From: Prorocentrum cordatum
Taxonomy: Eukaryota
Direction of reading: 5' to 3'
Assembly (NCBI GenBank): GCA_963575745.1
Contig: CAUYUJ010000137.1
Coordinates: forward strand, 620,001-667,758
Length of the DNA: 47,758 nucleotides
The notes under the pieces are model-generated. The model saw nothing but the letters and a program-made list of their open reading frames with translations. It was not told the DNA's origin and ran no database searches. A program made the translations under genes and the position numbers. This document shows positions 13,297-24,349 of this stretch, one piece after another. How positions within the stretch are numbered: the first letter of the stretch is position 1; the number at the start of each line of letters is the position of its first letter.

Positions 13297-14694
13297 TATG
13301 TATACATGCATGCATGCATGCATGCATGCATACATACATACTGGTAGAGACGCACCGCTTGGGGCATACTCGCCTGGTAAGTAATCCAAGGGTGCGCACA
13401 CAAAGCGTAGCGAAACTCCTCGCTGCCCCTGGAGCGAAAAGAGTGAACAACAGGACATGACATTTATATTTTCCGACGGAGACGCATCAACCTGGCGCGC
13501 ATTTATCTGGTCGATTGCCCACGGGGGTGCACGCAAGGCGAAATGAAATAAACGATCGCCTCCGCGGTGAAGAGAAAGAAGCTGCACTTGCGGGGTCTCG
13601 CGCCAGAGACACAACAACCTCGCGCGCACTTATCTGGTCGATTGCCCAAGGATGTGCGCGCAAGGTGGAGCGACCCGCTCTTAAAAGTAAAGCAAAGCAC
13701 TGGGCTGACCGCAGGCGGACGTCACCTGCAAGCCAGCATTGCAGCCTGACGCGCCTTAGCGCGAACGGCACACATACTGAGGCGCCGACCAATTCCCTTT
13801 CTGAACATTCGAACGCCAACAATGAAACTCCGCCACCCTGTCGCAGGCACGTTGGGGCCATATGAGAGCGCTCGTTGGCTTTCGGGAAATGTTTCTGCTG
13901 TTCTCTGGGAGCGACGCCCCCCTGCCGCGCGCATCCACACAAAATCGCGCCCTCTGCACTTTGCTCCACGGCTCCACGGCGCCCTGAGCCAGAGACCGCC
14001 TCAAAACGGCCGCAAGACTCCCCAAGCCCGTCCAAAGACGGCCCAGCGGACTCTCTTGGCCCTCTCTTGAAATCCCGTTGGGATTTCTTGGGACCCTCTT
14101 GGGCGGACTCCGGAACCTCTGGGGCCGTTTTTGGGGTCCTGTTGGGCCGTCCTCGAGCCCTAGGAAGGGGGGGGGAGGAGGGGCCAGGCGGAGCGAAACA
14201 AACGATTGTCTCCGCAGCAAGCAGATAAAATCCGAGGTTGGGAAAGAGATCGACGTGAACAAGAGACCCCCCGCCAAGAAGTCGTTTTCGGTTTCGTGTC
14301 GTGCGTGTGGGCGAGGCGAGGCTGCTTCGGCGGGCGAGGGGGATGATCCCGCCGTGCTCAGGCAAAACCGAACAAAATTCTGCTGCGCCCCCCGGTTGGC
14401 CAGTGGTTGCCCGGGGGTGTCCCGCGGTGTCCCGTGGTGTGACAGAATCCGAGGTTGGGAAAGAGATCGAAGTGAACAGGAGCCCCCCGCCAGGAAATCG
14501 TTTTCGGTTTCGTGTTCGTGTCGCGCGTGTGGGCGCGGCGAAGCTGCGTCGGAAGGCGAGAGGAAAGAACCATCTGTGCTTACGGCAAAACTGGGCCAAA
14601 TTTTGCTGTGCCCCCCGGTTGGCCAACAGAGGACCGGGGGTGGCTGGCGGTGGCCTTGGGGTGTCCCGCGGTGTCCCGCGGTGTCTCGTCGTGT

Positions 14695-14975
14695 CTGGTG
14701 CTATGCGATGTTGTGCTGTGCTGTGCTATGCCATGCTGTACAATTCTACGCTATGTTATCAATGCGATGCTGAATTATGCGGTCTGATGCGATGCGATAC
14801 TATGCTGCGCAATGCGATGCTATGCTATGCTACGCCGTACTGTGCCATACGATGCTATGCTATTATATGCGATGCGATGCGATGACATGACATGCTATGC
14901 AATGCTATGTTGTGCTATGATACGCGATGCTCGTCTATGCTGTGCTATGCGATGCTATGCGATGCTATGTTGTAG
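14695..14975. repeat. Degenerate (ATGCT/ATGCG)n pentanucleotide satellite
   Basis: Directly visible. Confidence 0.85.
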
Positions 14976-15369
14976 CTCCAGTTGGTCCCCCTTCCTCCCC
15001 CACACCGCCACACACACAACCTCCTTATCACCCGAAGGGTGCTCGTACATGTAGGTATGCACTGGCAGGATCTCGCGGCCAGAGACGCAACCGCCTCGCG
15101 CACACCTGCCTGGAGCGGGGAGGGATGGGGAGGAATGGGAACGATCTGGGAGGAGCGGGGAGGGGTATGGAGTGAGGTGCCTTGTGGGCCTCTTGGACTG
15201 TCTCAGAGCGCTCTGGGATCCACAGGCGCCTACGGAAGTCGTCTTGGAGGGCTCTGTTGGACGTCTTGGGGCGATCCTGGGAGCTTCTTGGGCCGTCTTG
15301 GAGGCCTTGTTGGGATGTCTTGCGGCGCTCTTGGGGTTCTCTGAGGCCGTCGTGGACGCTATTTACTTC

Positions 15370-15490
15370 TATATATATATATATATATACATACATACAT
15401 ACATACATACATACATACATACATACATACATACATACATACATACATACATACATACAAGCACACACACAAATATTTATATACATACAA
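15370..15490. repeat. (TA)n/(CATA)n microsatellite
   Basis: Directly visible. Confidence 0.95.
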
Positions 15491-15849
15491 ATAGGAACGC
15501 ATAGGCCAAACATACGAGGAATCAGGGCGATGTGTGTTCCTTGCGACCCTCATAAGGGTCCTCTTGGAGCCCTCTTCAAGCGCTCGGGGGGCCTCTCGGG
15601 CCGTCTTGAAGCCATCTTGGGCGTCTTGGCGCACTCTTGGACCGTCTCGGACGCCTCCTGGACCGTCTGGGGAGCGCCTTCGGGCCCTCCGAAAGCCCCC
15701 CGAAGGACCCCGAGGGAAACAGTGGGCACCGCGGGGGGAGGGGGGAGTTTGGGAAAAGTGGGCAGCCTCGGGCCCCAGGGGCCTGGTCGCGGGGTCTGCA
15801 TGGTGATGGGCAACTATGATGAGCGCTTGCGCACTGCAGTCAGAGCCAC

Positions 15850-15871
15850 CTTGAGCCAAAATGGCTACGGA
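15850..15871 (-). other. Perfect dinoflagellate spliced leader (DinoSL) sequence, probably a relic of retroposed mRNA
   Basis: Minus strand reads TCCGTAGCCATTTTGGCTCAAG, a 22/22 match to DCCGTAGCCATTTTGGCTCAAG. Confidence 0.92.
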
Positions 15872-15971
15872 TGCTCGTGGGGCGTCTTTTGGGGCTCCTG
15901 TGGGGCCTCGTGGAGCCTCTAGGGGGCCTCTAGGGGGCCTCCTGGTCTCTCTTGGGGGCCTCTTGGGGGCC

Positions 15972-16967
15972 TTCTCCACCCACGGCCCCCGAAGCAAGGT
16001 TCGCACTGCGCCCCCCCCCAGCCATGGCGGTACACCCCGTCACGTGGATCATGCCCACAAGGAGCACCACCGAATCAAAGGCCCCGAAGGTTCGAACAGC
16101 GCCCCCCCCCCGCCCATGTCGGCACACCTGTCACACGAATCATGCTCCAGAACGGGCATCTTTGCATGGCGCCCCCGCGCCCATTTCGGAACATGTTTGG
16201 CACGGGGCGTGCCCGGAGGAGGTCCACATGCGGCCTCAGCGGGCGTGTTCGCGCGACACTTCACGCGGATCGTGCCCCACAAAGAGTTCAGCGCACCCGT
16301 GCACGCGTGCCCCGCGGCAGCCATCTTTCCGCATTGCCCCGGCCTCTTTGGCTGTCTCACAGCGTTCCTGGCCCGTCGGACGCTGCAGGAAGTCGTTTTT
16401 GAGGCCTGTCTTCGCCGTCTTCGAGCCCGCTTGGAGCGCTTCGTGGCTGTCTTGGAGGCAATCTCAGGCGTGTTGAGTCCTCTTGAGCCGTCTTGGGGCC
16501 CTCCTGGGGCCATTTTTGGTGCTTCTTGGGCCGTCACGGGGCTATCGTGGAGGCCTCTTGGGTGCTCTGGGAGCGACCTTGGGGGCCTCGTGCGCCATCT
16601 GGACCGTCAGCAGGCCGAAAAAAAACAAATGCAAAAATATTCAAAAACCAACGGGAAATCGATTCATTTAGCTTTTTCGGGATTTCCCAACGGATGTCTT
16701 GGAGGCGTCTTGGCCGCCTCGGAGGCTGTTTGGACTTATCTTGACCCCATATTGGACCGTGTAGGGTACCTCTTGGAGCCATCGAGGGCTCTCTTGAGGC
16801 CATCTTAGCGTTCTTGCAGGCATTTCTGCAGCCATCATGGGTCATCTTGGCCGTCTTGGAGGCCATCGAGGCCGTTTTGGACCGGGAACGGGGGGTCCTG
16901 GAGCCCCGGTCCCGCCGTAGAGAAATGAGGCCGGCCCCCCCCGGGGACCTGGAACTCCGGTGTCCTA

Positions 16968-16998
<31 letters not shown>

Positions 16999-17017
16999 AT
17001 ATACATAGATATGCATG

Positions 17018-17054
<37 letters not shown>

Positions 17055-18419
17055 GTGCATATACATACATACATACATACATACATACATACATACATAC
17101 ATACATGCATGCATGCATACATACACACATACATACATACATACATACGTACATACGTGCATACGTGCATACGTGCATACGTACATACGTACATACGTAC
17201 ATACGTACATACGTACATACGTACATACGTACATACGTACATACGTACATACATACATACATACGTACATACATACATGCGTACATACATACATACATAC
17301 ATGCATGCATGCATGCATGCATACATACATGCATGCATGCATGCATACATACAAACATACATACATACAGACAGACAGACAAACTGACAGGAATACAGAC
17401 ATACAAACATACATACATACGTACATACATACATACATACATACACATACATACATACATACATACATACATACATGCATGCATGCATGCATGCATGCAT
17501 GCATGCATACATACTGGTAGAGACGCACCGCTTGGGGCATACCCGCCTGGTAAGTAATCCAAGGGTGCGCACACAAAGCGTAGCGAAACTCCTCGCTGCC
17601 CCTGGAGCGAAAAGAGTGAACAACAGGACATGACATTTGTATTTTCCGACGGAGGCGCATCAACCTGGCGCGTATTTATCTGGTCGATTGCCCACGGGTG
17701 TGCACGCAAGGCGAAATGAAATAAACGATCGCCTCCGCGGTGAAGAGAAAGAAGCTGCACTTGCGGGGTCTCGCGCCAGAGACACAACAACCTCGCGCGC
17801 GCTTATCTGGTCGATTGCCCAAGGATGTGCGCGCAAGGTGGAGCGACCCGCTCTTAAAAGTAAAGCAAAGCATCAAATTCACTGGGCTGACCGCAGGCGG
17901 ACGTCACCTGCAAGCCAGCATTGCAGCCTGACGCGCCTTGGCGCGAACGGCACACATACTGAGGCGCCGACCAATTCCCTTTCTGAACATTCGAGCGCCA
18001 ACAATGAAACCCCGCAACCCTGTCGCAGGCACGTTGGGGCCATATGAGAGCGCTCGCTGGCGTTCGGGAAATGTTTCTGCTGTTCTCTGGGAGCGACGCC
18101 CCCCTGCCGCGCGCATCCACACAAAACCGCGCCCTCTGCACTTTGCTCCACGGCTCCACGGCGCCCTGAGCCAGAGACCGCCTCAAAACGGCCGCAAGAC
18201 TCCCCAAGCCCGTCCAAAGACGGCCCAGCGGACTCTGTTGGCCCTCTCTTGAAATCCCGTTGGGGTTTCTTGGGACCTTCTTGGGCGGACTCCAGAACCT
18301 CTGGGGCCGTTTTGGGGGTCCTGTTGGGCCGTCCTCGAGCCCTAGGAAGGGGGGGGAGGAGGGGCCAGGCGGAGCGAAACAAACGATTGTCTCCGCAGCA
18401 AGCAGATAGAATCCGAGGT
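15972..18419 (+). repeat. Duplicated segment, copy B (resumes at 24355-24494 after the copia insertion)
   Basis: Near-identical to copy A; includes the microsatellite at about 16965-17514. Confidence 0.9.
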
Positions 18420-18563
18420 TGTTAAGCTTTATGCGAGGTGGGGCCTGATCCTTTTCACCTCAGCCCTGGGCGAACTCGATCACAAAATGGCTTCGGCCAA
18501 CCATACAAACGTGCATGCATGCAATACTCATTATCCTCGCTCGAAACCCCTCGAATATCTGCA
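18420..18563 (-). repeat. 3' LTR (144 bp)
   Basis: 141/144 identical to 24206-24349. Confidence 0.97.
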
Positions 18564-18572
18564 CGCCCCCTG
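18564..18572 (-). promoter_or_regulatory. Polypurine tract
   Basis: Minus strand CAGGGGGCG immediately before the 3' LTR. Confidence 0.6.
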
Positions 18573-18764
18573 AGGGCGATGTCGGAGGCTCAACGAGGCG
18601 GCTGATCAGACCGCTCAACGAGGAAACAGTGCACCAAATCAAAGAAAACCTGGTCCTGCGAACCGCAGGCAAAACATGCTGCTGCGGTGTCGCTCAAGCC
18701 CTTCCGCTGGGGTCCTCTCGACTCTCCAGCGGGATACCGCATCAAATCACTCTACTCACTCACT

Positions 18765-20642
18765 TCACTCACCGCACTCAGGCCAGGCCCCCTGAGCTCT
18801 CTCTCCCAGTGGTGAAAACCTCGAACTCTCCCGATGCCAGGAGTACGTCACCTGGCTCTGGGTCGAGACGGTCCTGTACTCGACCTTCAGCTTCTTGGTC
18901 TTGATGGCCCTCTGGTTGAGCTCTACTTTCTCTTTCTCCTGCCTGCTCTCGCTCGTGCAACTCGGCCTCATGAAATAGCCGATGCACCAGCCCGCACAGC
19001 CACCGACTGCGCATGCAACGATCATGATAGTGATCATGACCATGATGAGCATCATGCCCTGGAGGTGCACGCCAGTCTCTTGACGGGTGTCCTGCAGGGC
19101 GATCTCCTTCCTGTCCTTCTCGTAGCCGTAGACGTCGCACTCACCGTCCGCTCTCACCGAGCCCAGGCTGTCCAGGAGAGCGATCAGGGCCGCGCCGACC
19201 CCCGCCATCTTGGACGTTGTGTCGCTCACGATGTTGACCCGAACAGCCGTGCTCTCCTCCACGTCATCCGCGCCAGCCAACGGCCGTCGTCCCAGCTGTG
19301 CTCTCAGCCAGTGGAACCTCTGACTCGTCAGCGCCTTGGTACCCACGTCGGCCAGGTTGGTCTCCCCAGCGTGCTTGTTCACCACCAGCTTCTTGTCTCG
19401 CACCTTGGCTTGGAGCCACAGGGTGCGGACATCAAGGTGGCGGATCCTTCCCACTCCAACGCGGTGGCAGACCGCCTTGCCCGCAGAGGAGTCTACGCGG
19501 ATCCTGATCTTCACGTCCATGTCCAGGAAACCCATCGCACTCTGGAGGTGGATTGCCTCGGCGGCTGCTGTCACCGATGCGTGATACTCGGCTTCTCCTG
19601 AGCTCAGCGCTCGGGTACATTGACCGCGCGAGTACTCGAGAAGCGTGCAGCCACCGCGGCGCAACACCCCACAAGAAATACTATTTCTGTCGATGGTGTC
19701 TCCAGCCCAATCTGAATCAGTGTAGCACTCCAAAATCTCTGTCTCTCCAGCTCTGGGAAAGAACAGTGCGTAGTCTCGAACTCCTAGTAGGTACCTGCCG
19801 AGATGCTTGAGCCTCTTCATGTCGTTGTCGGTGGGCGTGGCCAACCTCTTGCTCAGCACGTGGACAGCGAACGTGACCTCCGTGTCATAGTTGACCATGT
19901 ACCTTGCGATGCCCACGCACTGCCTGTAGAGACTGGTCTCCTCGGCGTCCAGCGGATGCTCGAAGTCCTCCTGCAGTAGCTTCGTCACAACTGGCGTGGG
20001 CGAGCTCTTCGCCTTGTCGAGGTTCAGCAGTTCCACGATCTTGCCCGCGTACTTCCTGTTGCCCGTCAAGAACATGCCGTCCTCGACTCTCACTCGCCCT
20101 CCTTTCAGATGCTGGTCCTTCGCGCCTACCCTGAGTAGCTTCCTCACCTTGATATTGACCTTGCTGCTGAGCTCCGTCGTGAACGCTTGGAGGTTGCTGT
20201 CATCAGCTGTCGCGTAGATGTCATCCTGATGAAGCTCCAGGTCCACTGAATCCCGCTCTCGGCGGTAGAAGCATGGCTGATCAGGACATTGTTCAAACTC
20301 CATCTCTGAGACGAGGGTGCGGTTCATGAAGTCACTGAAGCCCCTGCTCGCGTCCCTCTCGCCATAGAGCTTCTTCTTCATCCTCCACGTCGTCCTCGTA
20401 GTATTGCCCTTTATCGCCTCGGCCCCGATCCACTCCCGAGGCGGCACCACCACCACGAGCCTGTCTTGTTCAGCGTGGAAGTAGGCATTGACAGCGTCGA
20501 TGATGACGGTGGGCTGGTCTCGCTTCACCGCCTTGAAGTCAATGAGCCTGCCAGTCGTGGGTTCGCTGGCCGGCGCGAATAGCCCCTCACGCTCGGGGTC
20601 CATGCTCTTGAACTCCCTGGCAACGAAGCGACAGCGAATCTC
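18765..20642 (-). pseudogene. pol: Copia Pol C-terminal part: reverse transcriptase, RNase H and a hydrophobic tail; separated from upstream Pol by an in-frame TAA
   Basis: RCRFVAREF, IDAVNAYFHA, KKLYG and LHQDD (RT); YTDSDWAG, SSGEAEY, VDSSAG, RIRHLD and NLADVGTK (Ty1/copia RNase H). Confidence 0.93.
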
Positions 20643-23205
20643 TTAACCATTCTCCTGGTACACCCACTTGGTTGACAACCTTGTCCACGTGGAATCTATC
20701 TCATCAGGCGACACCGCCTCAAACACTCCAAACTCCTGCATCGTATTGATCTCCTTGCACTTGCCTGCCTTGATGAGTTCCACGTCATACTCTCCCTCGT
20801 GCCAGTCGATGTCCATCTCTGGATCCATGACGGGCATCGGGTCGATCTCGTCCATCACGAAGCCGTCGACGCCTCCGACGGTGCCCATCTCAACCTCTGG
20901 GACCTCCGGCTCCCCAGTGGGCTGGGCAGGACGTGATGACGAGCTTCCGCCTGCGTCTTGCCTCGGTGTGGGGAGCGCCACGTCGTCCATGTAGCCACTG
21001 CCTGTCCTACTCCTGGCACTCGCATAGCTGTTCCAGTCCTCGGCAACTCCTCTCTCCACCGTGGGGTCTGGAACTCCCTTCTCCTCCTTGGTATCGTCGA
21101 CCTCAGTCTCCCCTTGCTTCTTCTCAGGTGGGGCAGTCGGGAGAATGACCACCCTCGTGCCTTTCGGCCTTCCAATCTGGCCAATGCCTCGGTCCCAGGG
21201 GACCCCAACTACCTTGGCCACGAGCTCTAGGTCGCATTGGTCCTCCTCTGGGAGCCTGCGCACAGTCCTGACCAAGTGCACCCCGCTGCTCGTACCCATG
21301 AGGAACTCGTCGCTCTCGTAGGTCTTGCCCAGAAAGACGCCCTTCTCCCACATCGGCTTGGACTTGCGACTGCGTCTGCCTCCTGTCATGTGGCCACTCG
21401 ACGACATCGGATGCTTGAACATGGCGGCCTCTGCGAACTTCAGGACGACGACATGGTATTTGGTGCCAGTAGCATCTTGATGAGGAGTCCGTCCGTTTGA
21501 CTTGATGTGGAACATCTCCGTGATGAAGCCTACGTGTCTAACAAGCCACGGCCACAGAACATGACCTGGCCCTATCTTGATGCCCAGCATCTTCTCTGTT
21601 GCAGCTCGGATGGTTCTGGTCTGGCCCTGCAAGATCTTCTGCTGCGCCCCCACAGCTCCGAGCGACTGCGATGAGTACCTGGGGGTCTGCTCCACTGTGA
21701 CCTTGTAGCCATCGAACTTGAGTCTCTTGGCCGCCACCGCATTTGCTATGCTGACAATGCTCGGCTCTCCGTCACTCCTGAGCCTGAGCTGAGTGGCGCC
21801 CAGCCTCCTGAGAAAACTCACGATCGAGGTCACAGTGTAGTCGTGGTTGCCTCCCTTCTCTGGGAGGCTGAGCTGTAGAGGAACACCCGTGTCGCAGTCG
21901 ATGACGGCCAGCGTGGTGGAGAAGCGGTTGGCCGCGTCCTCGGTCTCCTCGCCATCGTCCTTCAAGAAATGGTAGTCGATCTGCACGACGGGCACCTCTG
22001 GCTCCTTGTCCGTAAGAAACTGAACTCCCCGATGGGGTGCGGCATCTCCCTTTCCGAACACGCACTCCAGGCACCAGGGCAGGAACTTCGCGTGAGTAAG
22101 CTCGTGCTGCCGTACGGTCTCCGCGTCAGGCCTCCCTGGGATCTTCAGTGTCCTCGGTACTTCGGGATCGACGCCTTCTTGGAGTCGCCGTTGACGCTCC
22201 TCGAGGGCCTCCTTGGCCTTCATCTTCTCATCTAGCTGGTGCTCGCACTTGACGAGCCTCTCCCACAGCTGCTTCTTGGTGCCGTAGATGGCCGCATCGA
22301 TAATCCCAAGCCTCCTGAGCTCCTTCAGGCGAGCTCTCAATGCCTCGACTGACGACTGGGAGCCCAGGATCTCTCGTGGCTGTCCTGCTTGTGGTGGTGG
22401 TACAGGTACGGCTTGAGGTTCTGGCGGTGCAGGTGCAGCTTGAGGTTCTGGTGGTGCAGATGCAACTTGAGGTTCTGGCGGTGGTCCTGGCGCTGGCTCT
22501 TGCTCATGAGCCGCTTGATCGATCACAGGTGCCACTCGATGCCTGCGAGCACCCGCCTCCAGCACCCGACACCTCGCGTAGAAGCTCTTCCCGATCATTG
22601 TCAGGTGTATCTTCCTCTGGACGCCGTTCACGCTCGGCGGGGCCATGTAGCTGTTCCCCGTCTCCAAGTGAATGACTGCCCCCCTCATGACTCTGATGCC
22701 ACAGCTGAGCACGGGCTTGCTGAAGTCGCCGATGCGAAATCGGTTCGTGGCCATCACCTCGTGGCCAGTCTCGTCCAGAAACGCGATGCCGACGTTCCGC
22801 TCGCCGTAGTCCTGGATCTCGTCGTTGGTGGCCGTCCTCAGCTCCACCTCGGTGGGATCCTCGACGTCGTCGCTCGAGTGACCAAAACCGAGGGGGCACC
22901 CGTCAGCGTCCGACCCGCTATCAATCGAGACCCACACGTACTTGCTGTCGTCGTTGATGGTGTTCACGCTCTCGGCGACACCCATGACCCACAGCTCGTC
23001 CTGCTCGTTGACTATCCTCTTGACCTCAGCATTCTCTGGCTTCGACCTGCACTCTGAAGCTTTGTGGCCCATCTTCCCGCACTTGTCGCACTTGATGTGT
23101 GACCTGCAATCCTTGGCCTCATGACCTGGCTTCCCGCACTTGTCGCACTTCTTCTTCTCTTTACCTCCTTTTCCGCCTTTCGCGTCCTTGCCCTTGCCTT
23201 TGTCT
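20643..23205 (-). pseudogene. pol: Copia polyprotein middle part: two CCHC knuckles, aspartic protease, integrase
   Basis: CDKCGKPGHEAKDC and CDKCGKMGHKASEC; IDSGS protease motif near 22915; HELTH..WCLEC zinc domain; VQIDY and RSDGEP catalytic Asp motifs. Confidence 0.92.
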
Positions 23206-24166
23206 GGTTGGCTGCTCCACCTCCTGGGGCCCAGCAATCCCTTGACCAATGGCCTCGTTTGCCGCAGTTCTTGCAGGTGTCGCGATCTGAGTCCCGACCC
23301 TTGCCAGCGTCCTTCCTCGACTGCTTGCCGTGCCCCTTCGGTGGCTTGAAGACGCCGCCAACGTCTCCATTCCCGTTCACCATGCCGACGCCCATGGGCA
23401 TGGGTCCGTCGCACTGGATGCCGCGGGGTGCTCCCGTGGTCTCGTAGACCTTGCCACTGGCGATGTAGTCCGTGACGACCTTGGCCAGCTTGTTGTAGTC
23501 CTGGCCGATCGCCCCCAGGGCTTGGCGGACCACGGCCTTCACGTCCTCTGGAGCCCATCTGGCCACGACAGCAATCCTCGCACCTTCCGTGACTCTCTCC
23601 AGGGACTGGGCCTCGTAGAGCGAGACACTCTTCTCCCACTCCTTCCAGGCAGCTTCCCACGTGCGGATGCCGCCTCTGATGGCCGTCTCCCACTCTGGCT
23701 TGAGCACTCCCATCAGCATCGCCGTCAGTCTCCCGCCCGACTTCGGTTCGTACTCGTCCTTGAGCCTCTTCCAACCTATGGCACCGTTGTTCTTTGGCGC
23801 CATCTGGAGGATCGTGAGGGCCTTGCCTCTCGCCGTAGCGATCAGCAAGTGATACAGCACCTTCATCCACAGTTGGACTCTCTCCGTTTGAGTTGCCCAG
23901 CCTAGCTCCGTCTCGTCTGCGTTCTCGCAGTGAGTCATGACCTGCTCTAGGTCGACGAGCCCTGCCGTTGACTCGAACGCGAAACACCACTGCCTCCATT
24001 CTTCATCTGCGCCTGAGAAGACTCCTATCCTGCTCAGGATCTTCGCGTCAACAATGCTCTCAAGCCGTCGGTCCTCAGCCTGAGATTCTGGTCTCTCGGT
24101 CAGCCTCTGGATTCGGGCCGCCTGCTCTCCAACAATCCGCTGCAGCTCTTGCAACGCTGCCTCCAT
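23205..24166 (-). pseudogene. gag: Copia Gag (ATG at 24166), frameshifted into the downstream ORF
   Basis: MEAALQEL start about 40 nt after the 5' LTR; NGAIGWKRLKDEYEP copia-gag-like motif; PMGVG; CKNCGKRGHWSRDC knuckle. Confidence 0.88.
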
Positions 24167-24190
24167 CGCGCAGCTCTGGCTGCGTCTGAA

Positions 24191-24205
24191 CACGCTCCGC
24201 TACCA
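24191..24205 (-). promoter_or_regulatory. Primer-binding site, likely initiator tRNA-Met
   Basis: TGGTAGCGGAGCGTG directly after the 5' LTR; complement ends CTCCGCT-A-CCA, implying the A1:U72 initiator signature. Confidence 0.8.
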
Positions 24206-24349
24206 TGTTAAGCTTTATGCTAGGTGGGGCCTGATCCTTTTCACCTCAGGCCTGGGCGAACTCGATCACAAAATGGCTTCGGCCAAACATACAAACGTGC
24301 ATGCATGCAATACTCATTATCCTCGCTCGAAACCCCTCGAATATCTGCA
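24206..24349 (-). repeat. 5' LTR (144 bp)
   Basis: TGCAGATA...GCTTAACA on minus, followed by the PBS. Confidence 0.97.

Larger units (their letters stand above)
10881..14378 (+). repeat. Duplicated segment, copy A (carries an ~835-bp insertion at 12461-13296)
   Basis: Near-identical to 15972-18419 plus 24355-24494. Confidence 0.9.
18420..24349 (-). mobile_element. Full-length Ty1/copia LTR retrotransposon (5930 bp)
   Basis: Two 144-bp TG..CA LTRs; 5-bp TSD GAGGT (18415-18419 and 24350-24354); empty site ATCCGAGGTTGGGAAAGAG in copy A near 14230; domain order gag-PR-IN-RT-RH is diagnostic of copia. Confidence 0.97.

Noticed and set aside
23195..23235. Programmed -1 gag-pol frameshift
   Set aside because: No X-XXY-YYZ slippery heptamer was seen, and the shift falls between zinc knuckles; a 1-bp deletion or sequencing error is simpler
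23210..23999. N-terminal part of the tracked 1118-aa ORF
   Set aside because: It is an alternative frame overlapping the true gag frame
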